Origin: a virus
Taxonomy: Duplodnaviria > Caudoviricetes
Length of the DNA stretch: 64,000 bases
Virus record (IMG/VR): IMGVR_UViG_3300012953_000012
Coordinates: 32,001-96,000 of that record
Reading direction: 5' to 3' (one strand)
Shown: positions 62,932 through 64,000 of the stretch, piece after piece
Layout: the number at the start of each line of letters is the position of its first letter
Position numbering within the stretch: position 1 is the first letter of the stretch
The notes under the pieces: model-generated
What the model saw: only the letters and a program-made list of their open reading frames with translations
Database searches by the model: none
Told to the model about the DNA's origin: nothing
Translations under genes and position numbers: made by a program

Positions 62932-63217
62932 CCCCACCACCGCCGGGGTCGTGTCCCTGTTCCTTCCGGGGCTGGGGCAACTGCTCACAGGCAAGCCGGG
63001 CCGAGCCCTCTACTTCGGGTTCCTGGCCCTGTTCGTCTGGACGGTGACCTTCGCCGTCTTCGGCTGGGTCATCAACGTCCTGGCCGCGCTCGATGCGTGG
63101 CACCGCGCCCAGCCTGAGATTGAGCCGGTGCCCGTTAAAAGTGCCCCCTGCTTCCGTAAGTATGTGGAGGCCCCTGCTTCCAACGTCATCCCCTTTCCAC
63201 ACCCCGACACGCACTGA
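62924..63217 (+). CDS. TM2-domain-like membrane protein
   Basis: AGVVSLFLPGLGQLLTGKPGRALYF pattern; AGGAGG SD. Confidence 0.65.
   Translation: MLDPTTAGVVSLFLPGLGQLLTGKPGRALYFGFLALFVWTVTFAVFGWVINVLAALDAWHRAQPEIEPVPVKSAPCFRKYVEAPASNVIPFPHPDTH
63132..63167 (+). promoter_or_regulatory. Class I promoter-like repeat P8 (inside a coding sequence)
   Basis: CCGTTAAAA-GTGCCCC-CTGCTTCCGTAAGTATGTGG. Confidence 0.85.
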
Positions 63218-63237
63218 GCGTGCAAGGAGACACCCCT

Positions 63238-63735
63238 ATGACTATGCAAACCACAACCCGAATGGCTGACATCCGCTCTGCCAACGGTGACGGACGCGCC
63301 TTCTGCGTCCGCTACGAGTACAGCGGCTACAACGGAGCGAACGCCAGCGGTCGCTCCAGCAAGTTTTGGTGCTACGAGCGCCCGTCCCAGGGAGCACCGA
63401 TCCAGGTGCGCTACGGCAAGATCGGCTCCCACGGTCAGGTCCGCAACCGAGGCATCGACCTCTGGGACGCCCGTGAACGCGCCGACAAGAAGGCGAACAA
63501 GGGCTACGCGCTGACCTCGATGCAGGCCGAGCCTGCGCCCCCTCCCCGTCCGATCCAGGAGTGGGTTGCGAAGCCGCCCTTCTCCGAGTGGGCTGCCGCC
63601 ATGCCCGCCCCCTTCAACGCCATCGCCCACATCGACAGCGACGGCTTTGCTGTGGACAACCGTGGTCGTCTGGTCTGCCAGATGGACCTCAAGGAAGCCA
63701 CCCGTATCCGCACGTCCTACGACATGTGCGAGTAG
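63238..63735 (+). CDS. WGR-domain protein
   Basis: SSKFWCY...VRYGKIGSHGQ...ARERADKKANKGY. Confidence 0.75.
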   Translation: MTMQTTTRMADIRSANGDGRAFCVRYEYSGYNGANASGRSSKFWCYERPSQGAPIQVRYGKIGSHGQVRNRGIDLWDARERADKKANKGYALTSMQAEPAPPPRPIQEWVAKPPFSEWAAAMPAPFNAIAHIDSDGFAVDNRGRLVCQMDLKEATRIRTSYDMCE

Positions 63736-63746
63736 GAGACACCACC

Positions 63747-63980
63747 ATGGACACCATCTACACCGACCACGACCAGTGCGTGGCCTTCGGGGTCAAGTAC
63801 TTCGGCCCCGCCACCCTCACCGTCGCCGCCGACGCCCTGCTCCGCAGCAAGGGCAACGGCTACGACGAGCAGCACACCACCTTCCTGCGTGGGCTGGGTG
63901 AGAGCACCCTCTCCCTCGTCCGCATGAGCAACGACCCCATCGGCCCCGGCTGGTGGCGGGTGGTGGGGGTGCTGGCATGA
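63747..63980 (+). CDS. Small hypothetical protein
   Basis: AGGAG SD before ATG 63747. Confidence 0.65.
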   Translation: MDTIYTDHDQCVAFGVKYFGPATLTVAADALLRSKGNGYDEQHTTFLRGLGESTLSLVRMSNDPIGPGWWRVVGVLA

Positions 63981-64000
63981 TCACCATCCACCAACGTGAG

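Larger units (their letters stand above)
1..64000. mobile_element. Fragment of a large tailed (myovirus-like) bacteriophage genome
   Basis: Baseplate J-like and gp25-like genes, tail fibre/spike genes, phage-type PolA/DnaB/SNF2, dense small hypothetical ORFs, no bacterial housekeeping genes. Confidence 0.93.

Noticed and set aside
7446-63167. Class I repeats as a CRISPR array
   Set aside because: Copies are dispersed over 56 kb in both orientations with no regular spacers and no cas genes
18395-63735. TAG stop-codon reassignment
   Set aside because: Most TAG stops are followed by out-of-frame starts with their own SD (18397, 20556, 63735) or by an in-frame TAA (50046); only 19371 is in frame
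1-64000. tRNA, rRNA, integrase or att sites
   Set aside because: None recognised by eye; a tRNAscan/Infernal run would be needed to exclude them, so lifestyle is not called

Overview
The window is a 64-kb internal fragment of a large, GC-rich tailed phage genome, probably a myovirus, since baseplate J-like and gp25-like genes are present. I see no capsid, terminase, integrase, tRNA or CRISPR array. Layout: giant tail/baseplate genes at about 0.1-26 kb, with a second baseplate pair at 48.9-53.5 kb; a replication block at 28-36.4 kb (SNF2 helicase, degenerate DnaC-like loader, DnaB, orphan MTase fragment, primase zinc finger, family A polymerase); and many small hypothetical genes in divergent clusters. 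The main signal is regulatory. Three families of dispersed upstream motifs can be read directly from the sequence. Class I is CCGTTAAAA-N7-CTGCTTCCGTAAGTA (8 copies, three back-to-back pairs) before small-gene clusters. Class II is GGGGG-N17/19-CGG(G)TA (6 copies) before replication genes and the phage sigma-like gene. Class III is RRTAS-N5-CTAT (7 copies), mostly before structural or putative late genes. At three places where class I units run into class III units, a hairpin starting inside the class III motif covers the next Shine-Dalgarno site, which suggests a T4-like translational lock. A conserved terminator family closes class I units into cassettes. Three unrelated putative late proteins share the peptide R-x-A-S-x-x-[RK]-V-A, a possible capsid-targeting or cleavage signal; one of them is a HAD plus 2H-phosphoesterase fusion. 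Other oddities are a giant-virus-like/Cry-like protein with a C-terminal NHLP-leader domain, a stand-alone ADP-ribosyltransferase, and several apparent pseudo-enzymes. All family assignments come from motif recognition by eye. No searches were run, and the early/middle/late labels are inferences.
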